From: an uncultured Actinomycetota bacterium
GTDB lineage: Bacteria; Actinomycetota; Actinomycetes; Mycobacteriales; SCTD01
Assembly (NCBI GenBank): GCA_963761695.1
Contig: CAVXIB010000010.1
Coordinates: forward strand, 69,559-133,558
DNA length: 64,000 bases
Direction of reading: 5' to 3'
Shown: positions 38,328-48,383 of the stretch, one piece after another
Numbering within the stretch: the stretch's first letter is position 1
Layout of the letters: each line of letters begins with the position of its first letter
Notes under the pieces: model-generated
Databases searched by the model: none
Seen by the model: the letters and a program-made list of their open reading frames with translations, nothing else
Told to the model about the DNA's origin: nothing
Position numbers and translations under genes: made by a program

Positions 38328-39239
38328 ATGCTCGACCTCCGGCGGCTCCGCGTGCTGCGCACCGTGGTGCGGTCGGGATCGATGGCGGCCGCCGCGGCCG
38401 AGCTCGGCTACACCCCGAGCGCGGTCAGCCAGCACGTGAGCGCCCTGGAGCGGGAGACCGGCACGGTCCTGCTCGAGAAGGCCGGCCGGGGGGTGCGGCC
38501 CACGCCGGCCGCCCTGCTGCTCGCCGAGGTCGCCGACGACGTGCTCGCCCGCCTGGCCGACGCCGAGACCCACCTCGCTGCCCTGCGCGCGGGCCGTACC
38601 GGCCGCCTGCACCTGACGAGCTTCCCGAGCGCCGGCGCGTCCCTCGTGCCGCCTGCCGTGGCGGCCCTGCGGCGGCGCCACCCCGACGTCGAGCTGGCCC
38701 TCGGCATGGCCGAGCCCGACGAGGCGCTGCGGGCGCTGCGGGCCGGCGCGAGCGACGTCGCCGTGGTCGTCCCGCCCGCCCACGTCGGCGACGACCTCCT
38801 GCTGGTCCACCTGCTCGACGACCCGTACTCGGTGCTCCTGCCCGCCGACCACCCGCTGGCCGGACGGTCCGCGGTCGACCTCGCCGACCTGGCCGGGGAG
38901 CACTGGGTGGGGACGGCGTCGGCGCCCGGACACTGCCAGCAGGCAGCCCTCGACGCATGTGCCGCGGCCGGCTTCACGCCGTCGTACACGGTCCAGGCCG
39001 ACGAGTACCCGACCACCCAGGGCTTCGTCGCCGCGGGGCTGGGGGTCGCCCTGGTCCCGGGGCTGGCGCTCGGCCTGCTGCACGAGCGGGTCGTGGCCCG
39101 CCCCCTCGTCGGGGCGCAGCCGTCGCGCCGGGTCTGCGCGGCCGTGCGCCGGGCCCGTGCCGACGACGTCGTCGTCCGCGCGGTGCTGCACGCCCTGGCC
39201 GACGCCGCAGCCCACCGGCCGCTGACCGCGGGACGTTGA
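38328..39239 (+). CDS. LysR family transcriptional regulator (divergent from the DMT gene)
   Basis: [44 protein letters not shown] plus a LysR substrate-binding domain. Confidence 0.9.
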   Translation: MLDLRRLRVLRTVVRSGSMAAAAAELGYTPSAVSQHVSALERETGTVLLEKAGRGVRPTPAALLLAEVADDVLARLADAETHLAALRAGRTGRLHLTSFPSAGASLVPPAVAALRRRHPDVELALGMAEPDEALRALRAGASDVAVVVPPAHVGDDLLLVHLLDDPYSVLLPADHPLAGRSAVDLADLAGEHWVGTASAPGHCQQAALDACAAAGFTPSYTVQADEYPTTQGFVAAGLGVALVPGLALGLLHERVVARPLVGAQPSRRVCAAVRRARADDVVVRAVLHALADAAAHRPLTAGR

Positions 39240-39287
39240 CCGCGGGACGTTGACTCGGCGTTGACCCCTTCGCGCTGAACTGACGCC

Positions 39288-40811
39288 ATGCTCCGTCGGC
39301 GGCTGGCTCTCGCGGGCGCAGCGTGCGTGCTGCTGGCCGGCCCCGCCACCGGAGCCTCCGCCACCGAGTACCGCGGTTTCGACGACGACGACGTCGTGCA
39401 CGCGTGCTTCCACGTCGACACCGGGGCCGTCCGCATCGACGACCTCGAGGGGCGCGGCTGCAACGGGGCCGAGCAGCCCGTGGTGTGGGCCCGCGCGGGA
39501 GAGCAGGGCGACGCCGGCGCCACGGGCGCCCCGGGCGCCGAGGGCCAGCGTGGGGAGACCGGTGCCGCCGGCCCGCAGGGCCAGGCCGGCGAGCCGGGTC
39601 CGCAAGGGCCTGCGGGCGACGCCGGCCCGCAGGGCGCCGACGGTCCGGCCGGCCCTCCCGGCCCTCCCGGTCCGACCGGCCCGCAGGGCGACCCCGGGCC
39701 GACAGGCCCCTCCGGCGCAGCGGGCGCGGACGGCCCCCGCGGCCCGGCCGGCCCCCAGGGCACCCCGGGTCCGGCCGGCCCGACCGGACCCGCCGGATCC
39801 CCCGGACCGGCCGGGCAGCAGGGGTCACCGGGGGCGCCGGGCTCGCCCGGTCCGCAGGGCACCCCCGGTCCTCAGGGACCGGCCGGGTCGCCGGGTCCGT
39901 CGGGGCCCCAGGGCGTGTCCGGGCCCACGGGCTCGCCCGGTCCCTCCGGCGCCCCTGGTCCCGAGGGCTCGCCCGGTCCGCCCGGACCGCAGGGCCCGGC
40001 CGGGCCGATGGGCTCGCCCGGGCCGCCCGGCCCGCAGGGGTCACCCGGTCCGCAGGGGTCGCCGGGTCCGCAGGGAGCACCCGGCTCACCGGGCCCGGAC
40101 GGCTCACCCGGCCCCACCGGGCCGAGCGGACCGGCCGGACCGCAGGGGTTCGCCGGGCCGACGGGATCACCCGGACCGTCCGGCCCCCAGGGGTCTCCCG
40201 GCCCGCAGGGGTCGGCCGGCCCGGCCGGCTCCCCGGGTCCCGCCGGGCCGGACGGTTCGCCCGGACCGCAGGGCTCGCCCGGACCGCAGGGGGTGCCCGG
40301 CGGCCCCGGCCCCAGCGGTCCGCCCGGGCCGACCGGCGCCCGCGGCAACGACGGACCCACCGGCGACCAGGGCGCCCCCGGGCCCACGGGGTCGCCGGGT
40401 CCTGCCGGCCAGGACGCCGTCCTGCTGCGTCAGCAGGTCGTGTTCCAGACCGGCGAGCCGGGCATCACGACCGGCGCCGTGCGGTGTCCGGACGGCTACG
40501 TGGTGGTGTCCGGCGGCGCGCAGCAGGCCACCAGCAGCACCGGCAACCTGGTCGCGAGCTACCCCGCGTCGGACCTGGTCTGGCAGAGCACCGTCCGCAA
40601 CATCGGCGCCGACGAGCAGGTGACCTTCTTCGCCGTCTGCCTGCAGGGGGTGACCGCGAACGCCCCCGCGTCGCCGGCCGCCTCCGTCGCTCCGGCCCTC
40701 GTCCCCGCGCCACCCGCGAGGGTGACGACCGCGACGGACTCCGGCCCGTCGCTGCTCGAGCGGCTGCTGCTGCGTCCGCTGCGGCTCGGCCTCGGCCGCC
40801 TGCTCCGATGA
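39288..40811 (+). CDS. Secreted collagen-like triple-helix-repeat protein 1
   Basis: Signal peptide, a Cys-containing N-domain, 102 uninterrupted Gly-X-Y triplets (aa 71-376, counted by hand) and a 131-aa C-terminal domain with two Cys. Confidence 0.85.
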   Translation: MLRRRLALAGAACVLLAGPATGASATEYRGFDDDDVVHACFHVDTGAVRIDDLEGRGCNGAEQPVVWARAGEQGDAGATGAPGAEGQRGETGAAGPQGQAGEPGPQGPAGDAGPQGADGPAGPPGPPGPTGPQGDPGPTGPSGAAGADGPRGPAGPQGTPGPAGPTGPAGSPGPAGQQGSPGAPGSPGPQGTPGPQGPAGSPGPSGPQGVSGPTGSPGPSGAPGPEGSPGPPGPQGPAGPMGSPGPPGPQGSPGPQGSPGPQGAPGSPGPDGSPGPTGPSGPAGPQGFAGPTGSPGPSGPQGSPGPQGSAGPAGSPGPAGPDGSPGPQGSPGPQGVPGGPGPSGPPGPTGARGNDGPTGDQGAPGPTGSPGPAGQDAVLLRQQVVFQTGEPGITTGAVRCPDGYVVVSGGAQQATSSTGNLVASYPASDLVWQSTVRNIGADEQVTFFAVCLQGVTANAPASPAASVAPALVPAPPARVTTATDSGPSLLERLLLRPLRLGLGRLLR

Positions 40812-42211
40812 GGCGTCTGCTGCTCGCCGCCGCCGTCGCCGTGGCCCTGGTCGCCGTCGCGAACGGGGTCGCCCCGGCCGCCACGGTGGACCCGGCCGCC
40901 GGCCCCGGGGGCGTCCGCGGCTGCTTCGACGCGCAGGCCGGACGGCTGCGGATGGACGACCGCCAGGACTGCCTGAGCTACGAGGTCCCGCTGGCCTGGG
41001 CGATGCAGGGAGGTCCTGGGGCGCCCGGGGTCGCCGGACCGCCGGGGCAGCCGGGCGCGGCCGGCCCCACCGGCGCCGCGGGTCCGGAGGGGGACCGCGG
41101 AGCAGAGGGGGCAGCGGGTCCGGCCGGTCTGCCGGGTCTTCCGGGACCGGTCGGGGACGGCGGCCCGTCCGGCACGGCCGGTCCCCGGGGAGCCGTCGGG
41201 TCGCCCGGTGACCCCGGGCCGGGCGGCGCGGGCGGGGCCGCCGGCGCCGCCGGACCGCAGGGCGCCAGGGGGTCCTCCGGACCGGCCGGCGCCACGGGTC
41301 CGTCCGGCAGCCCGGGCTCCCGGGGGGACGCCGGATCGGCGGGGCCCACCGGCTCCGCCGGCCCCACGGGCACCCCTGGACCGGCCGGCGCCACCGGCAC
41401 CCAGGGGCCCGCCGGCGGCCGTGGCACGGCCGGGCCGGACGGGGCCGCCGGGAGCACCGGCGACACCGGCGCGCCGGGGGCCCCCGGGCCCTCAGGCTCG
41501 CCCGGCCCCCGCGGACCGGCCAACCCGCAGGGCGTCGTCGGCCCGGCAGGCGAGCCCGGGCCGGGCGGGCCGCCAGGTGTCCGGGGGCCGGCGGGCGCAC
41601 CCGGTGAGGCAGGGGCCGAGGGCGCCATGGGCCCGGCTGGTGCGCGCGGCCAGTCCGGCCCCCCTGGCTCCACGGGGCCGGCCGGGCCGCCGGGAATTCC
41701 GGGGGCGGTCGGTGGCCCCGGACCGTCCGGGCCGCCCGGATCGGCCGGGCCCGTCGGCACGCCCGGACAACCCGGCGGGCCGGGACCTCGAGGAACGCCA
41801 GGCCCGGACGGGCCGGCCGGGGAAGCGGGCACGACCGGACCCGCCGGCATCGATGGCCGGCAGGGACGCACGGGACCCATCGGGTCCCCGGGACCCGCCG
41901 GCCCGACCGGCGCCGACGGCAGCGGCCCGGCCGGCTACGTCCGGATCGTCGAGGTGCACCGCCTCGAGGCCGGCCCCAGCAGCGTGACGGCCACCTGCCC
42001 GAGCGGGCTCGTCGCGCTCGGTGGCGGTCCCCAGGTGCTGGACGCCGCGTCGCGCGTGCTGGTCACCTCGTCCTACCCGGACGTCTCCGTCTGGCGGGTG
42101 GACGTCGTCGTCGCGCCGCTCACACGGCGGGAGACCCGGCCCCGCGCCGACGTCTGGGTGGTGTGCGCGCAGACGCGGACGCCCCAGACGCTGTCGTCCG
42201 TGACAGGGTGA
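40808..42211 (+). CDS. Secreted collagen-like triple-helix-repeat protein 2 (paralogue)
   Basis: ATGA overlap with gene 1. Signal peptide, related N-domain ([14 protein letters not shown]...C), 57 + 44 Gly-X-Y triplets split by one NPQ, and a related C-domain ([14 protein letters not shown]...VWVVCAQ). Confidence 0.85.
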   Translation: MRRLLLAAAVAVALVAVANGVAPAATVDPAAGPGGVRGCFDAQAGRLRMDDRQDCLSYEVPLAWAMQGGPGAPGVAGPPGQPGAAGPTGAAGPEGDRGAEGAAGPAGLPGLPGPVGDGGPSGTAGPRGAVGSPGDPGPGGAGGAAGAAGPQGARGSSGPAGATGPSGSPGSRGDAGSAGPTGSAGPTGTPGPAGATGTQGPAGGRGTAGPDGAAGSTGDTGAPGAPGPSGSPGPRGPANPQGVVGPAGEPGPGGPPGVRGPAGAPGEAGAEGAMGPAGARGQSGPPGSTGPAGPPGIPGAVGGPGPSGPPGSAGPVGTPGQPGGPGPRGTPGPDGPAGEAGTTGPAGIDGRQGRTGPIGSPGPAGPTGADGSGPAGYVRIVEVHRLEAGPSSVTATCPSGLVALGGGPQVLDAASRVLVTSSYPDVSVWRVDVVVAPLTRRETRPRADVWVVCAQTRTPQTLSSVTG

Positions 42212-43926
42212 CGCCCGTGACCGCTGTCGCCGCAGGCGGACCGACCACCCGGTCCCTGCGCCTGGGCCTTCTCGTCCTGGGCCTGTCCCTGCTCCTGCTG
42301 GCCTTCCTCGACCTGGTGCTCCTGTCGTCGTCGGAGAACGCGCCGTTCCACGTCCTGGCGCTGTTCGTCGTCGAGGGCGTGCTGTGGTGCACCACCGGCC
42401 TGATCGCCTGGAGCCGCCGCCCCAGCAACCGGACCGGCCTGCTGCTGGTCGGCGGGGGCTGCGCCTTCCTGGTGTCCGCCCTCGGCAACGTCCCGCAGCG
42501 CCCGATCGCGGCCGTCGGCGCCCTGCTCGCCAGCCTCCCCCTCGCCCTGAACGTGCACCTGCTGATGGCGTTCCCGTCCGGGCGGCTGCGCGGCCGCGGC
42601 ATCCTCGCCCTCGTCGTCGTGATCTACGTCCTGGCCGGGCTCGGGCCGCTGCCCCAGCGGCTGTTCACCCCGGGCGGCCCGGCCTTCATCGCCGACCTGC
42701 CGGGTCTGGCCCAGGTCAGCGAGACCGCGGCACGTCTGGGACGCGTCGTGTCGATCGGGGTCGCCGCCGTGCTGCTCGCTCGCCTGCGGGGGACGCCCCC
42801 CGCGCAGCGGCGCACCCTCGGACCGCTGTACCTCTACGGCGCCGTCGCCCTGGTGGCCGTGAGCTTCGCCGCGCAGCTGCAGGAGGCGGCCGGGATCTCG
42901 ACCGACCTCCGTTTCAGCCTGCAGGTGGCCGCCCTGGCCGTCATCCCGGTGGCCTTCACCGCCGTGCTGCTGCGTGGGGGGTTCGCCCGCGCCGGCGCCG
43001 TCGAGGAGATGAGCCTGCTCCTGAGCAACGAGCAGGCTCCGACGCAGGACGTGCTCGCCGCCGTGCTGGGCGACAGCTCCCTGACCCTGCTGCACTGGTT
43101 GCCCGACGAGCAGACCTGGGTCGACGGCGACGGGCAGCTGTGCGACCTGCCGCGCGCGGACGCCCGGCACGGCGTGGTCGAGGTGACCGCCGGCCCGCGC
43201 CTGCTGGGGGCGATCACCTACGACGCCCTCCTGCTCCCCGACGCCGATCTGGTGCGCCTCGCCGCCCGCCCGGCCGGGCTGGCCCTGGAGGCCGAGCGTC
43301 TGTCGGTGGAGCTGCGCCGGTCGCGCGCCCGCCTGGTGGCCACGGCCGACGACGAGCGACGGAGGCTGGCCGGCAACCTGCACGACGGACTGCAGGTGCG
43401 GCTGGTCCTGCTGGCCCTGCAGGCCGGCACCCTGGCCGCGTCGGCGACCGACCCCACGACCGCCCAGGCCTTCGCCGACCTGCGCCGTGAGGCCGACGAG
43501 GCGGCAGCCGAGCTGCGCCGGACGGTGCACGCGCTCCTCCCGGCGGCCCTGGTCGAGCGGGGGCTCGCGCCGGCGGTGGAGGACCTCGTCGACCGGCTCC
43601 CCCTGCGGTCCAGCCTGGTGGTCAGGCAGGTGCCCGGCGACCTGCGGGTCGACGTGGTGACCGCCGCCTGGTACGTCGTCACCGAGTCGGTCAGCAACGC
43701 CCTCAAGCACGCCGACGCGTCCCGGCTCGACGTGGAGCTCGGCACGGCCGACGGCCGGCTGGTGGTCATCGTCGACGACGACGGCGCCGGGGGCGCCACG
43801 CTCGTCGGGGGAACGGGCCTGCGCGGACTGGTCGACCGGCTCGACGTCGTCGGAGGACTGCTCCATCTCGACAGCCCGCTCGGCCGCGGGACCCGGGTGC
43901 GGGCCGAGATCCCGTGCCCCGCCTGA
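42208..43926 (+). CDS. Membrane sensor histidine kinase (HisKA_3 / NarL-type)
   Basis: GTGA overlap with collagen-like gene 2. Multi-TM N-terminal half, H-box [14 protein letters not shown], and ATPase motifs ([31 protein letters not shown]). Confidence 0.85.
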   Translation: MTPVTAVAAGGPTTRSLRLGLLVLGLSLLLLAFLDLVLLSSSENAPFHVLALFVVEGVLWCTTGLIAWSRRPSNRTGLLLVGGGCAFLVSALGNVPQRPIAAVGALLASLPLALNVHLLMAFPSGRLRGRGILALVVVIYVLAGLGPLPQRLFTPGGPAFIADLPGLAQVSETAARLGRVVSIGVAAVLLARLRGTPPAQRRTLGPLYLYGAVALVAVSFAAQLQEAAGISTDLRFSLQVAALAVIPVAFTAVLLRGGFARAGAVEEMSLLLSNEQAPTQDVLAAVLGDSSLTLLHWLPDEQTWVDGDGQLCDLPRADARHGVVEVTAGPRLLGAITYDALLLPDADLVRLAARPAGLALEAERLSVELRRSRARLVATADDERRRLAGNLHDGLQVRLVLLALQAGTLAASATDPTTAQAFADLRREADEAAAELRRTVHALLPAALVERGLAPAVEDLVDRLPLRSSLVVRQVPGDLRVDVVTAAWYVVTESVSNALKHADASRLDVELGTADGRLVVIVDDDGAGGATLVGGTGLRGLVDRLDVVGGLLHLDSPLGRGTRVRAEIPCPA

Positions 43927-44570
43927 TGCGGCTGGTCGTCGCCGAGGACGAGGCCCTGCTGCGCCGTGGCCTGGTGCTGATGCTGGAGCAGGCCGGCCAC
44001 ACGGTCGTGGGTGAGGCCGCCGACGCCGAGGAGCTTGTCCGCCTGGTGGACGCCGAACTGCCGGACCTGCTCGTCACCGACATCCGGATGCCCCCTCGCG
44101 GCTCCGACGACGGCCTGCTGGCAGCTCTGGAGGTCCGGGCCCGCCATCCCGCCCTCGGTGTGCTCGTGCTCTCGCAGCACGTGCAGCGCAGCTACGCCCA
44201 GGAGCTGCTCCGGCACTGCCCCGACGCCGTCGGCTACCTGCTCAAGCAGCGGATCTCCGACGTCACGCAGTTCCTGGCCGACCTGCAGGCGGTGGGCGAC
44301 GGCGCCATCGTGCTCGACCCGGACGTCGTGGACGTGGCGATGGCGCGGGCCCGGGCCGAGGCCGCGGGGGTGGACCGGCTGACCGAGCGGCAGCGCGAGG
44401 TGCTGGGGCTGATGGCCCAGGGCCGCAGCAATGCGGCGATCGCCCGCAGCCTGTTCGTGTCCGAAAAGGCCGTGGTGGTGCACGCCTCCAACATCTACGC
44501 CGCGCTCGACCTCCCGCCGAGCGGTGACGACCACCGGCGGGTGCTCGCCGTCCTGCAGCTGCTCGGCTGA
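43926..44570 (+). CDS. LuxR/NarL-family response regulator
   Basis: The REC domain ([13 protein letters not shown]...DLLVTDIRMP) is followed by a LuxR HTH (LTERQREVLGLMAQGRSNAAIARSLFVSEKAVVVHASNIY). The start overlaps the kinase stop by 1 nt (TGATG). Confidence 0.9.
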   Translation: MRLVVAEDEALLRRGLVLMLEQAGHTVVGEAADAEELVRLVDAELPDLLVTDIRMPPRGSDDGLLAALEVRARHPALGVLVLSQHVQRSYAQELLRHCPDAVGYLLKQRISDVTQFLADLQAVGDGAIVLDPDVVDVAMARARAEAAGVDRLTERQREVLGLMAQGRSNAAIARSLFVSEKAVVVHASNIYAALDLPPSGDDHRRVLAVLQLLG

Positions 44571-44577
44571 CGCCCGG

Positions 44578-45504
44578 TCAGCCGACCGCGAGCTCCTGCA
44601 GAAGGGAGGCGTAGTCGCCCTCCGCACGGTCGGCGGCCATCTGGTCGTCGTCGGCGCGCAGCGAGGCCACGAGGACCCGCCACAGCGCATCGGAGTGCCG
44701 GTCGACGGCCAGGCCCCGCCGTGCGGCGCGCACGGCCGGCCCGGTCTGCCCGCGCCGATAGCGCAGCACCGCAAGCTCGTGCGAGGCGCCCGCCATCCGC
44801 TGCCGCCACTGCTCGCGGGGCTCGACCACCCACTCGGCCGGCCCCTCCTCCTCCAGGAGGTCGCCGGCGTACAGGTCGAGCGCCGACTCGTAGGCGGCGT
44901 CGACCTCGCGGGACGGTGCATGGCGGGCCTGCTCCAGCGACCGTTCGGCGAGCGCGATGTCGGTCACCACCACCTCGGGCAGGAGCCGGTAGGCCGCCCC
45001 GTCCCGGACGAGCGCTCCGGCCGCGGGGGTCATCGCCAGGACTCCGCGCAGGGACGACAGCGTGGTGAGCATCGACCGGGCGGCCGAGGCCTGGTCGGCT
45101 CTCGGGCCACAGAGCGGACAGCAGGACCTCGCGGTGAAGGGGTCGGCCGCCCTGCAGCGCGAGCAGCCGCAGGACGCTGCGCGCCCGCGGGCGCAGACTG
45201 CCCAGAGGGAGGGGTCGGCCCCGGCGGACAGCGAGAAGGAGCCGAAGCAGGCTGCCCGGGCAGGGGTGTCCCGGCTCGGGACGTCTGCCCGGGTCGCCGC
45301 CCCGTGCCGGCAGGCGAGAGCGACGGCAGCACGACGGAGGTCGTCGGCGGCGACGCCGTCACCATCCCGGTCGGCCTCCGCAGCCTCGATCCGGAGCGCC
45401 TCCAGCAGGGCCTGCACCTCCCGGACGGCGCCGGACGGCTGCTGCGGCAGGGCCCGGAGCGCCACGACACAGGACGTCGCCGGTGTTCGGCTGCCGATCT
45501 CCAT
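44578..45504 (-). CDS. BTAD-domain (SARP/AfsR-like) putative transcriptional regulator
   Basis: The C-terminal half resembles a bacterial transcriptional activation domain (VVVTDIALAERSLEQA...YESALDLYAGDLLEEE...EWVVEPREQWRQR...LAVDRHSDALWRVLV). The N-terminal winged-helix part is degenerate and Cys-rich, and may also be frame-damaged. Confidence 0.5.
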   Translation of the reverse strand: MEIGSRTPATSCVVALRALPQQPSGAVREVQALLEALRIEAAEADRDGDGVAADDLRRAAVALACRHGAATRADVPSRDTPARAACFGSFSLSAGADPSLWAVCARGRAASCGCSRCRAADPFTARSCCPLCGPRADQASAARSMLTTLSSLRGVLAMTPAAGALVRDGAAYRLLPEVVVTDIALAERSLEQARHAPSREVDAAYESALDLYAGDLLEEEGPAEWVVEPREQWRQRMAGASHELAVLRYRRGQTGPAVRAARRGLAVDRHSDALWRVLVASLRADDDQMAADRAEGDYASLLQELAVG

Positions 45505-45567
45505 GCGCTACCCCCCGAAAGTGCGACAAAGGGAGCGAACCGCAGAACGGGCCCGAGGGCACTAGAC

Positions 45568-46964
45568 CTAGGTCCCCGATCCGTCGGCCGCCGACCTCGG
45601 CGACGGCGAGGGCAGGGGCTGCGCCGTCCTCGCCGGCTCTGGGGCGGCTGCCGGGGCCGGCGCAACCGGTCCCGGCTCGGGAGCAGGCGTCGACACCGGG
45701 ACCGTGCGCACGGTGCCGGTCACGAGGAGGGCGGCGTCGCAGGGATCCCCCTCGGGGTTGCGGCACAGGACGGTGAACTGCAGCGTCGAGGCCGGGCCGA
45801 AGGCGACGGGTGCCGGCAGGGTGAAGACCTGGGTGTCGCCGAGCCGCGCCGTCAGCAGCGCCGCGCCGTCACGCAGGACCGTCATCTCGCCCCGGTCGCC
45901 GTTGGGCTGCAGGACGAAGCCCGCGATCGACAGCGACTCGTCGGGCGCCACCCGCAGGAACGGCCCGCTGTCGGCGCCCCGGACCTGCAGGCGTGAGGTG
46001 AACGGGCCGGCCCGACCGGCGTCACGGCGCGGGCCGGAGCCGCGGAAGGGGCTGCACCGGTCGGCGCCGCACCCCGTCGGGCCGTGGTGTCCTGCACCGT
46101 CCGGCGGGCCGCGTCGGCGTCGGCGGCGGCCTCCAGCGTCGTGTCGTCCAGCGGCGCGGGGCTCGCCTGCTCGCTGACCGCGGCGGCGTCCTCCCGAGCG
46201 GCGTCGCCCGCCGGGCTCAGCCGCGGCTGCACCAGCACCAGCAGCGCCAGCAGTCCGAGGCCCACCAGCAGCGCCCGACCGAGCAGTCTCGGCAGCGACT
46301 GCGGGAGCAGCGCCGTGGAGCTGAGCGTGCCGGGCAGCTCGATCGGCTCGGCCGAACCGGGCACCTGCACCAGGACGAGGAAGCCCCGGGTCAGGGGCGG
46401 TCCACGCCAGTAGGTGCCCTGGCCCCGGGCGAGCAGCGTGCCGAAGACCGCGCCCCCGGGCGGGCACTCCAGCTGCGACTGACCGACGGCCAGCACGAGG
46501 TCCTGGTCCGGGTCGTAGGCGTCCAGGGTCACCGTCAGCGGCGCGTTCCCCCGGTTGTCGATGGCCACGACGAAGCTGGCCCGGCGCCGGCTGCGGGCGG
46601 TGCGGCTGCGCGGGACGAGCTCGGCGTCGACGTCCACGAAGGGCAGGACCTCGAGCACGGCCTCCTCCACGCAGCCGCCCGACGGGTCCTCCCGGCAGGT
46701 GGCACGCAGCCCCAGCACCGACAGTCCGGTCGAGGTGGCGCTCGCCCGCGGCGGTGACACCACCAGGTCCACGTCGCGCTTGCGCCCCGGGAGCAGACGC
46801 ACCTCGGGCGGCTCGACCCGGGCCCACCCCTCGGGCAGGCCGACCACGTCCAGAGCGATCGCGTCGACCACGTTGCCGGTGTTGGTGACGACGGCCCGGA
46901 CCGTCAGCGTCTCGCCCGGGACGACCTCGAGGCTGGCGTCGGCGAGGACGACGGAGGCGCTCAT
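45568..46964 (-). pseudogene. Bitopic membrane protein with beta-sandwich-like domains on both sides of one TM; one frame disruption near 46000-46015 as sequenced
   Basis: The N-terminal part MSASVVLADASLEVVPGETLTVRAVVTNTGNVVDAIALDVVGLPEGW... has two NEW3/CARDB-like repeats. TM is LLGRALLVGLGLLALLVLV. The C-terminal part FTSRLQVRGADSGPFLRVAPDESLSIAGFVLQPNGDRGEMTVL... is in another frame with high GC3 and no nearby start. Length is 1397 nt. Confidence 0.55.
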
Positions 46965-47113
46965 GGCCCCAGCCTGGACCGGTCGCGGCCGGGTGTTGAG
47001 GTCGGGCGGGTGCCCGTTGGGGCAGACCCGGATGCCCGTTGTGCCGGTGTTGACCGTCGGGCGGTTCAGTGCCGCTGACCCGTTCGGGTCAGTGGTCGAA
47101 GGAGGTGGACCGG

Positions 47114-47764
47114 ATGTCCGTGCCCGTGCCGTCCGTGGTGGTCGAGCTCGTCCGGGTCGTGGTGCTCGCCGACGACCCCGTGTCACGCAGCGGCGTCGTC
47201 GCCGGGTTGCGCGAGGTGCGCACGCTGCACGTGGTCGACGACCGCGAGGCCGCGCGCGCCGACGTCGTCGTGTGCATCGCCGACGACCCGGTGCGCGCCG
47301 CGCTGCTGGTCCGGCAGGTCCTCGCGAGTGGCGCCCGCCGCGCGGTCGCCGTGGTCGGGGCGCTCGACGACGCCGCGCTGCTGACCCTCGTCGAGGCGGG
47401 CGCGTGCGGACTGCTGCGCCGCAGCGACGCGACCCCGGAGGCCCTTGCCCACGCCGTCCGCACAGCCGACGACGGCGACGGCACCCTCCCGCCGGACCTG
47501 CTCGGCCGCCTGCTCGAGCACGTGCAGCGGCTCGGCCGCGACGTGCTCGCACCGCGGGGGCTGACGTCGTCGGGCCTCACGTCGCGGGAGACGCAGGTGC
47601 TGCAGCTGCTCGCCGACGGCGAGGACACCCATGGCGTCGCCCGGCAGCTGGCCTACAGCGAGCGGACCGTGAAGTCGGTCGTCCACGACCTCACCAGCCG
47701 CCTGGGTGTGCGCAACCGGACGCAGGCGGTGGCGCATGCGCTGCGGCACGGCCTCATCTCGTGA
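47114..47764 (+). CDS. LuxR-family regulator (REC-like N-domain + LuxR HTH), first gene of the CIS locus
   Basis: ATG 47114 follows GAAGGAGG. C-terminal LTSRETQVLQLLADGEDTHGVARQLAYSERTVKSVVHDL. Confidence 0.8.
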   Translation: MSVPVPSVVVELVRVVVLADDPVSRSGVVAGLREVRTLHVVDDREAARADVVVCIADDPVRAALLVRQVLASGARRAVAVVGALDDAALLTLVEAGACGLLRRSDATPEALAHAVRTADDGDGTLPPDLLGRLLEHVQRLGRDVLAPRGLTSSGLTSRETQVLQLLADGEDTHGVARQLAYSERTVKSVVHDLTSRLGVRNRTQAVAHALRHGLIS

Positions 47765-48378
47765 TCGGGGCCGTCGACGAAGCGCTGCGGCGGGCCGTGC
47801 GGGAGGCGGTGCCGGACGGCGCCGTCGCTGTCAGTTTCGAGGCACCGACCAAGGACTGGGCCGCCCGCCGGAACGGACCGGCGGTGGACCTGTACCTGTA
47901 CGACGTGCACGAGGTCGTCGCCCGGCGCCACGCCGGACGGGTGCCGCTGCGTGAGGACGGCCGCGTGGTGGGTGTCCGGTCGCCGCAACGCTGGTACGCC
48001 CTGTCCTACCTGCTCACCTGCTGGACGTCGCGGCCGGAGGACGAGCACGCGCTCCTGTCGGCCTGCCTCGTCGGGCTCCTCCGCCACGAGTCGCTGCCGC
48101 CCGCGTGGCTGGACAGCGGTGGCGTCGCCCTGGACCAGGCCTGCCAGCTGCAGGTGGCGCAGCCGCCGCCGACCGACCGCAAGTCGCCCGACCTGTGGTC
48201 CGCGCTCGGCGGTGAGCTCAAGCCGTCCCTGCACCTCGAAGTCGTCGTCGCGCTGGACGCAGGTCGCACCACGGCGCTCGCCCTCCCGGTGACGCAGCCC
48301 CCCGTGCTGCAGACGGACTCCCGCACCCCTGGGATCGGTGGCAGCGAGAGCAGGTCGGGGCGTCAGCGGGTCGGCTGA
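47761..48378 (+). CDS. DUF4255 (Pvc16/Afp16 N-terminal type) protein, putative tail terminator/cap
   Basis: GTGA overlap with the LuxR gene. VSFEAPTKDW...AVDLYLYDVHE...WYALSYLLTCW is the usual DUF4255 pattern. Confidence 0.7.
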   Translation: MIGAVDEALRRAVREAVPDGAVAVSFEAPTKDWAARRNGPAVDLYLYDVHEVVARRHAGRVPLREDGRVVGVRSPQRWYALSYLLTCWTSRPEDEHALLSACLVGLLRHESLPPAWLDSGGVALDQACQLQVAQPPPTDRKSPDLWSALGGELKPSLHLEVVVALDAGRTTALALPVTQPPVLQTDSRTPGIGGSESRSGRQRVG

Positions 48379-48383
48379 GGCGG

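Noticed and set aside
38408-41880. Long - strand ORFs (38408-39862, 39872-40387, 40978-41880) with Gly/Pro-rich translations
   Set aside because: The reverse complement of GGN-CCN-rich collagen-like repeats also stays open and looks Gly/Pro-rich. These ORFs lack signal peptides, flanking domains and gene coupling. The + strand genes have all three.
39288-42211. Collagen-like proteins as tail fibres of the downstream CIS
   Set aside because: Both have N-terminal signal peptides. They belong to a separate operon coupled to a two-component system. About 5 kb and oppositely oriented genes separate them from the CIS. No baseplate-attachment domain is evident.
42073-43866. 597-codon - strand ORF
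   Set aside because: It is antisense to the histidine kinase, whose H-box and ATPase motifs are unambiguous on the + strand.
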